This document shows positions 1-9,574 of a stretch of DNA of 64,000 nt, piece after piece. Each line of letters opens with the position of its first letter. Position 1 is the first letter of the stretch. Both the position numbers and the translations under genes were made by a program. The notes beneath the pieces are model-generated. The model was not told where the DNA came from, ran no database searches, and saw nothing but the letters and a program-made list of their open reading frames with translations. The stretch comes from an uncultured Acidobacteriota bacterium (lineage in GTDB: Bacteria; Acidobacteriota; UBA6911; RPQK01; JAPXNP01), in assembly GCA_963777605.1 (NCBI GenBank), contig CAVZRV010000031.1:64001-128000 (forward strand), read 5' to 3'.

Positions 1-2
1 TG

Positions 3-236
3 GTCGTCGGCACCGGACACACCCTTGAAACGGACGGATTCACCCTCCTTCGATCAGATCTTGGCTCGCTTAAGTACGCGAACGACCACACGCGCTCGTA
101 CTTCGAAGCCATCCGGGCTCAGGACCTTGGTTTCGTCCAGCAATGCGGCGGTGAAGTGGGCGGCACGGACTGGTCCGAAACCGTCCGCCTGATGGCGAAT
201 CTTGATGCCACGAGGGCCTGCCAGGGACGTCAGTGA
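3..236 (+). CDS. 3' end of a gene running in from the left edge, possibly a Gfo/Idh/MocA oxidoreductase C-terminus
   Basis: Frame from nt 3 is open to TGA 234-236 (VVGTGHTLETDGFTLLRSD...DWSETVRLMANLDATRACQGRQ); the family call rests on weak resemblance only. Confidence 0.5.
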   Translation, partial: VVGTGHTLETDGFTLLRSDLGSLKYANDHTRSYFEAIRAQDLGFVQQCGGEVGGTDWSETVRLMANLDATRACQGRQ

Positions 237-292
237 AGGGAACCGTCAGGAAAACCGTTCGTCGCGGGTGCGGTCGAGCCCTCGCAGAGCGA

Positions 293-1276
293 TCATAGCG
301 CCGCCTTTCTGGCTCGCTTCAGCGGACGGTTCCTCGCCCCAGGAGGGTTGCCGTTCGTGGAATCGCTCTTTGAGGGAGTCTCCGTCTTGGTCTCCTCCAG
401 CACGTCGAAGAATCGGATCAGTTCGGAAAGAATCTTCGGCTGTGCAGCCGATTTCTGGAAAACCAGCCCTTGCGCGCGTTTCAGCTTGAAGTCGGATATC
501 CTCAGCAGGTGCAACTCCTTGCGTTCGATCTCTTCCTGGACGGACCGCGCCGGCAGGATGCTGATTCCCAAGTCGATCTTGACAAGGGGCTTCATCGTCG
601 CCACATTTTCGGCAGCCATCGAGATTTTCGGGACGATTCCGACATCGGAAAAGAAATCATCAAGAAGCTTCCGCGTATAGGTGCCCTCCTGAAAGAGAAT
701 CAAAGGATAATCCGCGAGTTCACGGGCGCGCAGCCTCTTTCTTTTCGCGAGAGTGGGGTGCTTTGGACTACTGACCACGACCATCTCTTCAGTGAAGAGA
801 GGGATCACCTTCAGGTCAGGGAAATCTACGGGTAGGGTGAAAAGGCCGAGGTCGATTTCATTCTCCCGCAGCCGGTCGATCAATTGGGTCGTCGGCCCCG
901 TGATGACCTCGATTTCCACGTCCGGATACTCTTCCTTGAACCGTTCAAGGATGGCTGGAAGAATGTAGATACAGGCGATCATACCCGCCCCGACTTTGAG
1001 CCGACCTCTCTGAAGCCTTCCCATTTCGGAGACTTCCATCGCGGCGTTTTCGAGGTCGCGAAAGATCCGCCGGGTATATCGCAGGAGGGTCTCGCCGGAA
1101 GGAGTCAAGTAGATTCGGCGATTCACCCGCTTAAACAGCAGAGTACCCAGTTCCTCCTCCAGCATCCCGATTTTCCTGCTGATGGCCGACTGAGCAACGC
1201 GCAGTTCCTGGCTGGCCTTGGTGAAACTGTTGTTTTCGGCTACGGCTCTGAACATCTCCAACTGTCGAAGGTCCAT
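293..1276 (-). CDS. LysR-family transcriptional regulator
   Basis: N-terminal HTH MDLRQLEMFRAVAENNSFTKASQELRVAQSAISRKIGMLEEELGTLLFKR plus LysR substrate-binding domain; divergent from the MFS operon. Confidence 0.96.
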   Translation of the reverse strand: MDLRQLEMFRAVAENNSFTKASQELRVAQSAISRKIGMLEEELGTLLFKRVNRRIYLTPSGETLLRYTRRIFRDLENAAMEVSEMGRLQRGRLKVGAGMIACIYILPAILERFKEEYPDVEIEVITGPTTQLIDRLRENEIDLGLFTLPVDFPDLKVIPLFTEEMVVVSSPKHPTLAKRKRLRARELADYPLILFQEGTYTRKLLDDFFSDVGIVPKISMAAENVATMKPLVKIDLGISILPARSVQEEIERKELHLLRISDFKLKRAQGLVFQKSAAQPKILSELIRFFDVLEETKTETPSKSDSTNGNPPGARNRPLKRARKAAL

Positions 1277-1380
1277 AGAGGAACACCATTTCGTTCAGGC
1301 AGCCCTGCAACTGCATGGGAAAGCAATTCCGCTCAACGCTTTACAGGGAGGCGAGAGCGCAATGGGTCTGGTCATAATGC

Positions 1381-1432
1381 ATATAGATTCTAGATCATTT
1401 CGATCCAGTCATTCTACTGGACAGGATCGAAA
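1381..1432. promoter_or_regulatory. Divergent LysR/MFS control region: T-N11-A box plus 13-bp inverted repeat
   Basis: ATAT-N7-AGAT at 1381-1395 (contains T-N11-A); TTTCGATCCAGTC 1398-1410 pairs with GACAGGATCGAAA 1420-1432 (1 mismatch). Confidence 0.4.
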
Positions 1433-1622
1433 CAATTCTCTAAGCTTCCAACCAGCTGTTTACTAACGGTTTACATCACCGAAATCCAGACGAATCGGAG
1501 CTTAACTCGTTTCGGAGATTCCCGGTTGGCGTGTGTTCGCATTCGGTCTCGATCTCGGCATGGGTTCCTTGGCCGGCAAGACAGATTGCAAAACTGGCTA
1601 CGAGAGGAGAGCAGTTCGGAAC

Positions 1623-2846
1623 GTGAACGAACCAGCCCCGCCCTACAAAACTCCGACGAGGACGTGGTGGCTTTGCGGCTTCCTTTTCATGGCAACGGTC
1701 CTGAACTACCTCGATCGTCAGGTTCTGGCCTTGACCGCCGAACGGATCATCGGGGAGTTCCATATCAGCCAGGAAGGGTTCGGCGAGATCATCGCCGCAT
1801 TCCGATATGCCTATGCGATTTTTCAAATTGGCGGAGGCTGGATGGTGGATCTTTGGGGCCCCAGAACGGTCTACCCTGTGGCCGTCGGAATCTGGTCGCT
1901 CGCCGGCATTTTGACCGGCCTCTCAGTGTCGGTCAGATCACTCGCGGGATTCAGGTTCATGCTTGGGTCCGGCGAGGCATTCAATTGGCCCTCCGCGCTC
2001 AAGATCACGAAACGGCTGATTCCCCCAAAGGACCGCGCGCTGGCTAACGGCATCTTCAACAGCGGCGCCGCAGCTGGGGCCATGGTCGCACCCGTAATCG
2101 TCACGCTGGTAACGCTCTACTTCGGATGGAGAGCGGCCTTCGTCGTTACCGGTCTTCTGGGTGCCATTTGGCTCATCGGATGGCTGAGATTCAGTCGGCC
2201 GGTATCCCATCAACTGGGCGGGTCTCCCCGTTCGGCTCTTGACATTCTGCGGGTGATGAGACGAATTCTGCTGCTGCGCGGGTTTTGGCTGCTTGCGGTC
2301 TCCGCGATCATCATCAACAGTGTGAATTACTTTCTGGCGGATTGGATCCCGCTCTACCTGAAAACCGAGCGCGGTTTCAGCTTTTCCGTCGGGAACGCTC
2401 TATCTATCGTCGTCTACGCCAGTCTCGAGGCGGGAAATATCCTCGTCGGTTTATTCATCAAGAGACTGGCCGAGCGCGGTTTTGGAATCGCGGCGGCCCG
2501 GAAATTCGCGCTGTTCGGCAGTTGCCTGATGATGTCCTCGGCTGCCTTTGTGGGAGTGACGCCCTATCGCTATCTTGCGGTCGCTCTGCTCATGCTGACC
2601 GCCTGCGGCGTCGCCAGTTTCCTCGTGATTTACCTGACGCTGGTACAGGACCTCGACCCGGTCAATGTCGGTGCCAGTGCCGGGTTGCTTGGGGGGTTAG
2701 GCAATCTCGCCTATGGTTATGCCAGTCCCTATATTGGAAGGCTCGCCGACCTGAATGAGTCGGCCTTGACCTTTGCCGCGATCGGGTTGCTTCCCTGGTT
2801 TGCCTTTGCCGCGATCTTTTGGGGGGTTGACCTCGAGGAGCGTTGA
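1623..2846 (+). CDS. MFS transporter, ACS/hexuronate (ExuT-like) family
   Basis: LFMATVLNYLDRQ, GGWMVDLWGPR, RFMLGSGEA, RALANGIFNSG motifs and many hydrophobic segments; GTG 1623 after GAGGAG preferred over ORF-track start 1533. Confidence 0.9.
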   Translation: MNEPAPPYKTPTRTWWLCGFLFMATVLNYLDRQVLALTAERIIGEFHISQEGFGEIIAAFRYAYAIFQIGGGWMVDLWGPRTVYPVAVGIWSLAGILTGLSVSVRSLAGFRFMLGSGEAFNWPSALKITKRLIPPKDRALANGIFNSGAAAGAMVAPVIVTLVTLYFGWRAAFVVTGLLGAIWLIGWLRFSRPVSHQLGGSPRSALDILRVMRRILLLRGFWLLAVSAIIINSVNYFLADWIPLYLKTERGFSFSVGNALSIVVYASLEAGNILVGLFIKRLAERGFGIAAARKFALFGSCLMMSSAAFVGVTPYRYLAVALLMLTACGVASFLVIYLTLVQDLDPVNVGASAGLLGGLGNLAYGYASPYIGRLADLNESALTFAAIGLLPWFAFAAIFWGVDLEER

Positions 2847-2909
2847 GGTTCCCGCGAAACAAGCGAAGCTTCAGCACAATCCGACATGAAGAATAAGGAG
2901 TTGAAAAAG

Positions 2910-5597
2910 ATGAAAGGCCAGAACGAAAACAATCCGCTGTGCAACCTTCCAGACCGGCGTGAGTTCCTCGGTCGGACGTCCAAACTCACGGGAGCAGTGC
3001 TCTTCTCCGGAATCGGAATTGCTCCCCTTGCCGCGGCTGCACAGGAGAGCGGCTCGATGCCGATTCCCGAGCCTCACTTCCCTTCCCAGATGCACCTGTT
3101 CGTCTGGCGTAACTGGAGTTTGGCCAACCTTGATCGTATTGCAGATGTCTTGGGCACGACTCCGGATCGCGTCCTCGAAACCGGGCGCCGGTTGGGGCTT
3201 CCTCCCAAGCCGCAACTGACAACCGATCAACTCCGCCGCATCTACATCACCGTCATTCGGCAGAACTGGCACGTTCTGCCCGAAGTGCAGCTGATACAGC
3301 TGTTGGGCTGGGACCGGGAGCACTTCGAGTTCACGCTTCGAGAAGACGACTTTCTCTCCCACAAGCTGGGCCCCAAGCCCCACTGCGAAGCGGTGCGCTA
3401 CAGCCCGGAAACTCCGGCGGTCGAAGAACGTCTCCGGGAAGTCCGAGAGACGCTCACCACGACCTTCGGTCCCGGCCTTTCGAGCCCCGGAGAACCACCC
3501 TTCCAGTTCGTCCAGGACCTCAGCAGCCGAGACTTCACTGACCTGCTCGACACGAATCGTGCGCTCCACGACAATGAGATTGATCTCACCGGCTGGACCC
3601 TTGAGCTTCCAGGCTCCTCCGAGCCCCAAAACAGGAAACTCCTGGAACAATTCCAGGATTACCTGCAGAAGACCTTCCGCTGTCGAGTTGCGACTTCTGC
3701 CCGGGCCTCCGGCCCCGCCGTCCGACTGCTGGCAAGCCCTGAACTCGCCAGGGAACGTGACAGCTTCGAAATTACCGTTGAACACGCCGCGGTTGTCGTT
3801 CGCGCCGTCGATTTTCTCGGCCTGCGGCAGGGGATTTCTCACCTCGAGAAGTTGATGGAAAGAAGAGGCGGTCCCTTTCTGCCAGTCGGTACAGTGCGGA
3901 AGGCACGCCGGATGACTCCGGCGTACCTTTACTCGTACTTTGCGCTCTACGGTGACCCCCTGATGGAAGCCGACATCGACCCCTTTCCTGACGGCTACCT
4001 CGAAAAACTCGGCCGGCTCGGCATCAACGGCGTTTGGCTGCAGGCGGTGCTGCGCAACCTTTCTCCGTCCCAAATCTTCCCGGACTTCGGCCAAGGGTGG
4101 CAGACTCGGCTGACTACCCTGAACCGGCTCGTCGAACGTGCCAAACGGCACGGGATCAACGTCTTCCTGTATCTCAACGAACCCCGCGCCATGCCCGCCG
4201 AGTTCTTCGAGAAATGGCCACAGTTGAAGGGAGTCCAGGACACCTCGGACTCCCGATACTTTGCCATGTGTACGAGCACCGTCCCTGTGCGTCAGTGGCT
4301 CGAGGAAAGCCTCTCCCATGTATTTAGGGAGGTCCCTGACCTGGGCGGAGTCTTCTCCATCACCATGTCGGAGAACCTGACCAACTGTTTCTCCAAGGGA
4401 AGGGCAAATCTCTGCCCTCGCTGTTCCAAGCGGGCCGGCGCCGAAGTCGTGGCTGAAGTACTCCAGGTCTTCAGGGACGGAGTCCGTCGCAGCAGTCAGG
4501 ACGCCGAAGTCATCGCCTGGGACTGGGGATGGGGACTCGTCAAGAACGGGGCCGATCCCTTCGAAATCATTCGGCGCATGCCGACCGACGTCAAGCTGCA
4601 AAGCGTCAGCGAATGGAGCAAGGAGATTACCCGAGGCGGCTTTGACAGTCGGGTCGGAGAGTATTCGATCTCCGTCGTGGGACCGGGCCCCAGGGCACTG
4701 AACCACTGGACGGCTGCGCGTCGGCAACACGTTAAAGCATTGGCAAAGCTCCAGGTTAACAACACATGGGAAATTTCGGCAGTGCCCTATATCCCAGTCC
4801 TCAATCTCATCAGGCAACACCTGGAAAACATGACCAGGGAGGGAATCAACGGCCTCATGCTTTCGTGGACCGTCGGTGGGTATCCGTCCCCAAATCTGGA
4901 AGTAGCCGGAGAGTATTGCCATTGGCCCACCCCGGAAAAGGAGACTGTCCTCCGCGACATCTCTGTGCGCAGATACGGGAAGGAAGCCACCGACTCGGTG
5001 CTCAAAGCCTGGGAACTCTTCAGCGAGGCGTTTCAGGAGTTTCCCTACGGAATCGCCATTTACATAATTCCGACGCAGCATGGGCCGGCGAATCCGTTGC
5101 GCCTCGAAAAGTCGGGCCATCAGGCTCGGATGATCCTGTTCCCTTACGACGACTTCAAACGCTGGTGCGGCCCGTACCCCGTGGAAATCGTCCAGCAACA
5201 GTTCGCGGTCATGTCGGCAAAGTGGGAAGAGGGATTGCAGGAATTTCGCCGGGCCGAGAACCAGGCGCGACCGCAACACAGGGCCCAGGTCAGCTCCGAA
5301 CTTGGAATCGCGGAAACCTGTTATCTCCACTTCCGGAGCGTGGCCAACCAGATCCGCTTTTACATGCTGCGCGACGAACTCGATGCCGGACAGGGAGTCC
5401 GTTCGGAGATAACGCTCGAAATGGAGCGGATTGCAGAGGACGAGATGAACCTCGCAAGGCAGCTCTTCGCGATCGCCCGGGACGACTCTCGCATCGGGTT
5501 TGAGGCTTCCAACCACTATTACTATCGACCGCTCGATCTGGCAGAGAAAGTACTCAACTGTGCTGACGTCATCCGAAGGCTCAAGCTGCTCCGCTGA
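2910..5597 (+). CDS. Tat-exported uncharacterised putative glycoside hydrolase (family A, copy 1)
   Basis: Tat motif DRREFL; GH20-domain-2-like segment (DSFEITV...GLRQGISHLE) followed by a barrel-like region (GINGVWL, AKRHGINVFLY); shares EYSIS..GP, PYIP, DSRIG with three paralogues. TAAGGAG precedes ATG 2910 (track start 2886). Confidence 0.75.
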   Translation: MKGQNENNPLCNLPDRREFLGRTSKLTGAVLFSGIGIAPLAAAAQESGSMPIPEPHFPSQMHLFVWRNWSLANLDRIADVLGTTPDRVLETGRRLGLPPKPQLTTDQLRRIYITVIRQNWHVLPEVQLIQLLGWDREHFEFTLREDDFLSHKLGPKPHCEAVRYSPETPAVEERLREVRETLTTTFGPGLSSPGEPPFQFVQDLSSRDFTDLLDTNRALHDNEIDLTGWTLELPGSSEPQNRKLLEQFQDYLQKTFRCRVATSARASGPAVRLLASPELARERDSFEITVEHAAVVVRAVDFLGLRQGISHLEKLMERRGGPFLPVGTVRKARRMTPAYLYSYFALYGDPLMEADIDPFPDGYLEKLGRLGINGVWLQAVLRNLSPSQIFPDFGQGWQTRLTTLNRLVERAKRHGINVFLYLNEPRAMPAEFFEKWPQLKGVQDTSDSRYFAMCTSTVPVRQWLEESLSHVFREVPDLGGVFSITMSENLTNCFSKGRANLCPRCSKRAGAEVVAEVLQVFRDGVRRSSQDAEVIAWDWGWGLVKNGADPFEIIRRMPTDVKLQSVSEWSKEITRGGFDSRVGEYSISVVGPGPRALNHWTAARRQHVKALAKLQVNNTWEISAVPYIPVLNLIRQHLENMTREGINGLMLSWTVGGYPSPNLEVAGEYCHWPTPEKETVLRDISVRRYGKEATDSVLKAWELFSEAFQEFPYGIAIYIIPTQHGPANPLRLEKSGHQARMILFPYDDFKRWCGPYPVEIVQQQFAVMSAKWEEGLQEFRRAENQARPQHRAQVSSELGIAETCYLHFRSVANQIRFYMLRDELDAGQGVRSEITLEMERIAEDEMNLARQLFAIARDDSRIGFEASNHYYYRPLDLAEKVLNCADVIRRLKLLR

Positions 5598-5641
5598 GGG
5601 TCCCGGAACCAAACATTCAACCCAGGAGGCAAGGGAAGCAG

Positions 5642-6670
5642 ATGGTTGCTGAAAACCTGACAGGTGGTTTGATCCTCGTTCTACTGGCTGGGCTCTGCCA
5701 GGGGAGTTTCATGCTCCCGATGAAATTCACGAAGGACTGGGCGTGGGAAAACGTCTGGCTGATCTTCGCCGCGACCGCATACCTGGTTTTGCCGTGGCTG
5801 ATTGTGCTGTTGACCGTTCCGCAATTCCGGCAAGTCCTGTCTGATACCAGTGGAGCCACGATACTGCGGACCCTCGGTTTTGGTCTCGGCTGGGGACTCG
5901 GGGCGTTGACCTTCGGACTCGGAGTCGATTATCTCGGGCTGGCGCTCGGGTTCGCCGTTATCCTTGGGCTGACGTCAGCGATCGGCACGCTGGTCCCGCT
6001 CGCTGTCCTGTCGCCTGAAACCCTCTACTCCTGGAACGGCGCGGGCATTCTTCTCGGAATGCTGATCGTACTCGGAGGCCTTGCAGTCTGCGCAAGTGCC
6101 GGAAAACTCAAAGAGGAGTCGCTGTCCGGCGGCGGACGCTCGGTGACCGGGAAGCAGCCGCGTTCATTCTTCCTGGGCCTCGTATTCTGTATCGTCTCCG
6201 GTGTCCTCTCGCCGTTTGGCAACCTGGGCTTCGCCTTTGGCTCCGAGATCACCGAGGCAGCCCTTCGACACGGAACTCCCGAGAGCTATGCATCGAACCC
6301 GCTCTGGGCGATCATCACCATCCCTCTTTTCATATGTAACGTTGGCTACAGCATCTACCTGTTTACAAATCACGGGACCTTCTCGAATTACCGCACCGGG
6401 CCGGGAAGAAACTATCTCCTGGCTGTCGGTATGGGCGCCCTTTGGATTGCAGGGATGACACTTTACGGGTCGGGAGCGAACCGGCTTGGAGAACTTGGGT
6501 CCTCCGTGGGATGGGCCATTCTGGTCTCTTCGATGGTCATTGTCGCCAATATCCTGGGAGTGGTCACGGGTGAGTGGAAAGACAGCGGATCGAAGCCCCT
6601 CGGGAGGATGGGTGTCGGCCTCGTGCTGCTGATTCTGGCAATCTTTGTGATTGGCTTCAGCAAACCGTGA
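5642..6670 (+). CDS. rhaT: L-rhamnose/H+ symporter RhaT family (DMT superfamily) sugar transporter
   Basis: GSFMLPMKFTKDWAWENVW, WGLGALTFGLGVDYLGLALG, GVVTGEWK are typical RhaT-family motifs; AGGAGG upstream. The actual sugar is not established. Confidence 0.85.
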   Translation: MVAENLTGGLILVLLAGLCQGSFMLPMKFTKDWAWENVWLIFAATAYLVLPWLIVLLTVPQFRQVLSDTSGATILRTLGFGLGWGLGALTFGLGVDYLGLALGFAVILGLTSAIGTLVPLAVLSPETLYSWNGAGILLGMLIVLGGLAVCASAGKLKEESLSGGGRSVTGKQPRSFFLGLVFCIVSGVLSPFGNLGFAFGSEITEAALRHGTPESYASNPLWAIITIPLFICNVGYSIYLFTNHGTFSNYRTGPGRNYLLAVGMGALWIAGMTLYGSGANRLGELGSSVGWAILVSSMVIVANILGVVTGEWKDSGSKPLGRMGVGLVLLILAIFVIGFSKP

Positions 6671-6728
6671 CACCGATAAATTGTGCGAACCCGAAGAGTC
6701 GGGAGCGCGCCCAAACAGGACATCTATT

Positions 6729-8285
6729 ATGAACCGCCGAGAATTTATCAAGAACAATGCACTGGTCGCCGCGACCCTCCCGGGGTTTCCCCGGAATTCC
6801 GGAGCGGCTGCGTCCTCCGCATCGCCGTTTCGAGCCGGCTTCGCCGAACGGGATATCACACCGGAAATTGGAATGGAGATGCCCGGCGGTTACGGCAAGG
6901 CGTATCTCAAAAGCTTCCACGATCCCTGCAAGATCAGGGCAGCCGTGTTCGATGACGGAACGTCTCGCGTTGCCCTGGTCGGAGTCGATGCCCTGATCGT
7001 GCCCCGGCAACTCGTGGTGGAAGCCAGGGCGGCCATTCAAAATCAGTGCGGCATCGCACCTGCGGCCATCCTGATCGGCGCTTCCCACTCCCACTCATCC
7101 GGGCCGGTCGGAATGGTGCAGCCCGGCGAATTTGATCATGCTTCAGACCTGGTGAAACAGCTCGCCTACGAAGAGAGTTCTTGTGCCAATGCAGCGTACC
7201 TCCAGAAGGTGCTGCGGGCGGTCGTGGCAGGAGTAGCGGAGGCCGACCGAGAACGGGTTGCGGCGAGGTGTGGCGTCGGATTCGGATTCGAAGACGGGGT
7301 TAGTTTCAATCGTCGTTTCAGGATGTCGAACGGGTTGACCTACACCCACCCTGGTCAAGGGAATCCCGACATCGTGGAACCCGCCGGCCCGATTGATCCT
7401 CAAGTCGGGGTCCTTGGAGCCTGGGACGCAAACGACTCCCTGATCGGATGCATTGTCAACTTCGCGTGTCATGCCACGACCAACCCGGGCGGTATCTCTG
7501 CGAACTGGATCTACTACATGGAGAAGACGCTCCAGGCCGTTTTCGGTACGGGTGTTCCAGTTGTGTTCCTCCAGGGTGCCTGCGCAGACGTGACCCAGGT
7601 AGACAACCTGAGCCCTTATAAACGTCGAACCGGACTCGAGGAGGCGAAACGTGTAGGCGGAAGGGTCGGAGCCGAAGCGGTCAAGGCATTACTGACCGTT
7701 GACAAGGGGGCCCTCACGCCGGTCGGCGCAGCGTCAACACTGCTCACTTTTCAGCGACGAATACCCCGCGAGGACCGGGTCAGAGACTGTCTTTCTGCAG
7801 TGCGAAGGAACCCGGATGAAATTGGAAAAACTGAATGGACTTTCGCGAAGGAGATCGTCCTGCTCCAGGCTCTGATCGATCAAATGCCGGAAGTGCAGGC
7901 CGAAGTACAGGCGGTGCAGGTTGGACCGGCCGTCTTCGTTTCCAACCCGGCAGAGTTGTTCTGTCAGCTCGGGCTCGATCTGAAGGCCAAGAGCCGATTC
8001 CCGTTCACATTTCCAGTGGAACTCGGTAATGGATCGGTTGGTTACGTCCCGACCCGAGAAGCGCTCGGGGAGCACGGGGGAGGTTACGAAACGCGCTTGA
8101 CCAGCTACAGCAATCTGGAGGCCGGTGCAGGCGACCGGCTCGTTAAGGCTGGTCTTGAATTGACCGAACGATTTCAACCGGGGGACACTCCGAGGCGAGA
8201 AGCCGCCCCGCCGTTCGCAGGGCAACCAGGTGCGATCGGAGGTTCCGCCTGGTCCTACGGCAATGTGCCTCCGGAATTGGACTGA
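6729..8285 (+). CDS. Tat-exported neutral/alkaline ceramidase-fold amidohydrolase-like protein (copy 1)
   Basis: MNRREFIK Tat signal; AGFAERDITP, ASHSHSSGP, FNRRF, NFACHAT, PAELF, GYVPT motifs. Confidence 0.8.
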   Translation: MNRREFIKNNALVAATLPGFPRNSGAAASSASPFRAGFAERDITPEIGMEMPGGYGKAYLKSFHDPCKIRAAVFDDGTSRVALVGVDALIVPRQLVVEARAAIQNQCGIAPAAILIGASHSHSSGPVGMVQPGEFDHASDLVKQLAYEESSCANAAYLQKVLRAVVAGVAEADRERVAARCGVGFGFEDGVSFNRRFRMSNGLTYTHPGQGNPDIVEPAGPIDPQVGVLGAWDANDSLIGCIVNFACHATTNPGGISANWIYYMEKTLQAVFGTGVPVVFLQGACADVTQVDNLSPYKRRTGLEEAKRVGGRVGAEAVKALLTVDKGALTPVGAASTLLTFQRRIPREDRVRDCLSAVRRNPDEIGKTEWTFAKEIVLLQALIDQMPEVQAEVQAVQVGPAVFVSNPAELFCQLGLDLKAKSRFPFTFPVELGNGSVGYVPTREALGEHGGGYETRLTSYSNLEAGAGDRLVKAGLELTERFQPGDTPRREAAPPFAGQPGAIGGSAWSYGNVPPELD

Positions 8286-8329
8286 TCAGCAGAGTCAATC
8301 GCGACTGCCACTCCATCGACCTCTGCGTC

Positions 8330-9517
8330 CTAGTGGGGTTGCGGGCGCCACGTTTGAGAGTCGAGCTTCACGACACCACCACGCTCGATTGACAGCCTTC
8401 CGGCTCGAGCACAGGCCACGGCACGTGCGCCATCGGCCGCATCCGCATTTTCCGGCACCCGGCCTTCTGACACCGCCTGGCAAAACTCTTCAAGCGCTTC
8501 CCCCCACCCCTTGTTCGGAGCATAGTTGATCTGGGGGGGTGGCGGGTCACCGAGCAGCGTTCGAAACCTGTCCCAGGCTGCCGTATCTGACGAATCCCGC
8601 AGGACACCGGCGTCTAACGCAGCGCGCTGATACCAGCGTCTCAATTCCAGGAGGGCAGTCCTGCCCCGTTCGGAGAAATCGTTGACGTGGCGATTGTCAC
8701 ACCCATCGTACGGCCGGCCTGAAAAGCGGGTCACTTCAGGCAATCCCCTGACTCCAAAGCTCCGCACTTCCACAAAGTCTTCCATTTCAACGGCCGCACG
8801 GTCTGTGATCGCTTCCAGGCGTTCCTTGGGCTGTTCCATGGTTCCCCATGAAGACGAAAGAATTGTGGCCTGGCTGCCATTCTCGAATCCCACAATAAGG
8901 CTTGCATCGTTGAACCGGGCCTCGCGCGCGTAGACCGATTCAGGTTCGGACCGAAAGAGGTATGCAAGATAGTCGAAAATGTGAACGATTTCTACCAATA
9001 GACGGCAACTCCGTTTCCAACTTTGTTCCGGAGGCCGGATTCGGTCATCGTCACTGATCCGGTAAGAGACCGACACCGGCGGACCTGCAGCGTCGAATGC
9101 CTGGCGGACCAGCCTCGTAGCTGGGGCGAAGCGCCGGTTAAACCCCACCGCGACCGGAATCCCTCGCCTTGCCGCCTCTCGCTGCACCGCAAGGCAATCT
9201 TCGACCGATTCAGCCAGAGGCTTCTCGACATACACCGGTTTTCCGTTCCGCAGTGCGGCCCGGGCCATCGACGCGTGCAAATGCGGCACGACACCGACTA
9301 CGACTACGTCAACCTCCGGGTCCTCAACCAGATGCTGCCAGTCAACACTGGTGCGGACGGCCTCGTACCTCGCCGCCACCCGGCCCAGCCGCTCACTGTC
9401 ACGGTCGGCGAGGTGCTGCAGACGTAGCCCAGGGCTTCGTCCGATTGTCTGGATATGCTGTCGACTCATGAACTGCCCGCAGCCGATGACACCAACTCGA
9501 ATTACCTGATCCGTCAT
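8330..9517 (-). CDS. Gfo/Idh/MocA family oxidoreductase (cytoplasmic)
   Basis: RVGVIGCG Rossmann motif, VYVEKPLA, VGFNRRFAP. Confidence 0.92.
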   Translation of the reverse strand: MTDQVIRVGVIGCGQFMSRQHIQTIGRSPGLRLQHLADRDSERLGRVAARYEAVRTSVDWQHLVEDPEVDVVVVGVVPHLHASMARAALRNGKPVYVEKPLAESVEDCLAVQREAARRGIPVAVGFNRRFAPATRLVRQAFDAAGPPVSVSYRISDDDRIRPPEQSWKRSCRLLVEIVHIFDYLAYLFRSEPESVYAREARFNDASLIVGFENGSQATILSSSWGTMEQPKERLEAITDRAAVEMEDFVEVRSFGVRGLPEVTRFSGRPYDGCDNRHVNDFSERGRTALLELRRWYQRAALDAGVLRDSSDTAAWDRFRTLLGDPPPPQINYAPNKGWGEALEEFCQAVSEGRVPENADAADGARAVACARAGRLSIERGGVVKLDSQTWRPQPH

Positions 9518-9574
9518 CCAGTCCTCTCCGTAGAAAGCTGAAGCAACCGCATGGTCTCCCGGGAGTGAATCATC

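Noticed and set aside
2871-5612. 913-aa antisense ORF, and other long antisense ORFs such as 24654-25874, 39925-41043, 41792-42919 and 46380-47546
   Set aside because: They mirror well-supported genes on the opposite strand and have no motifs; expected shadow ORFs in GC-rich DNA.
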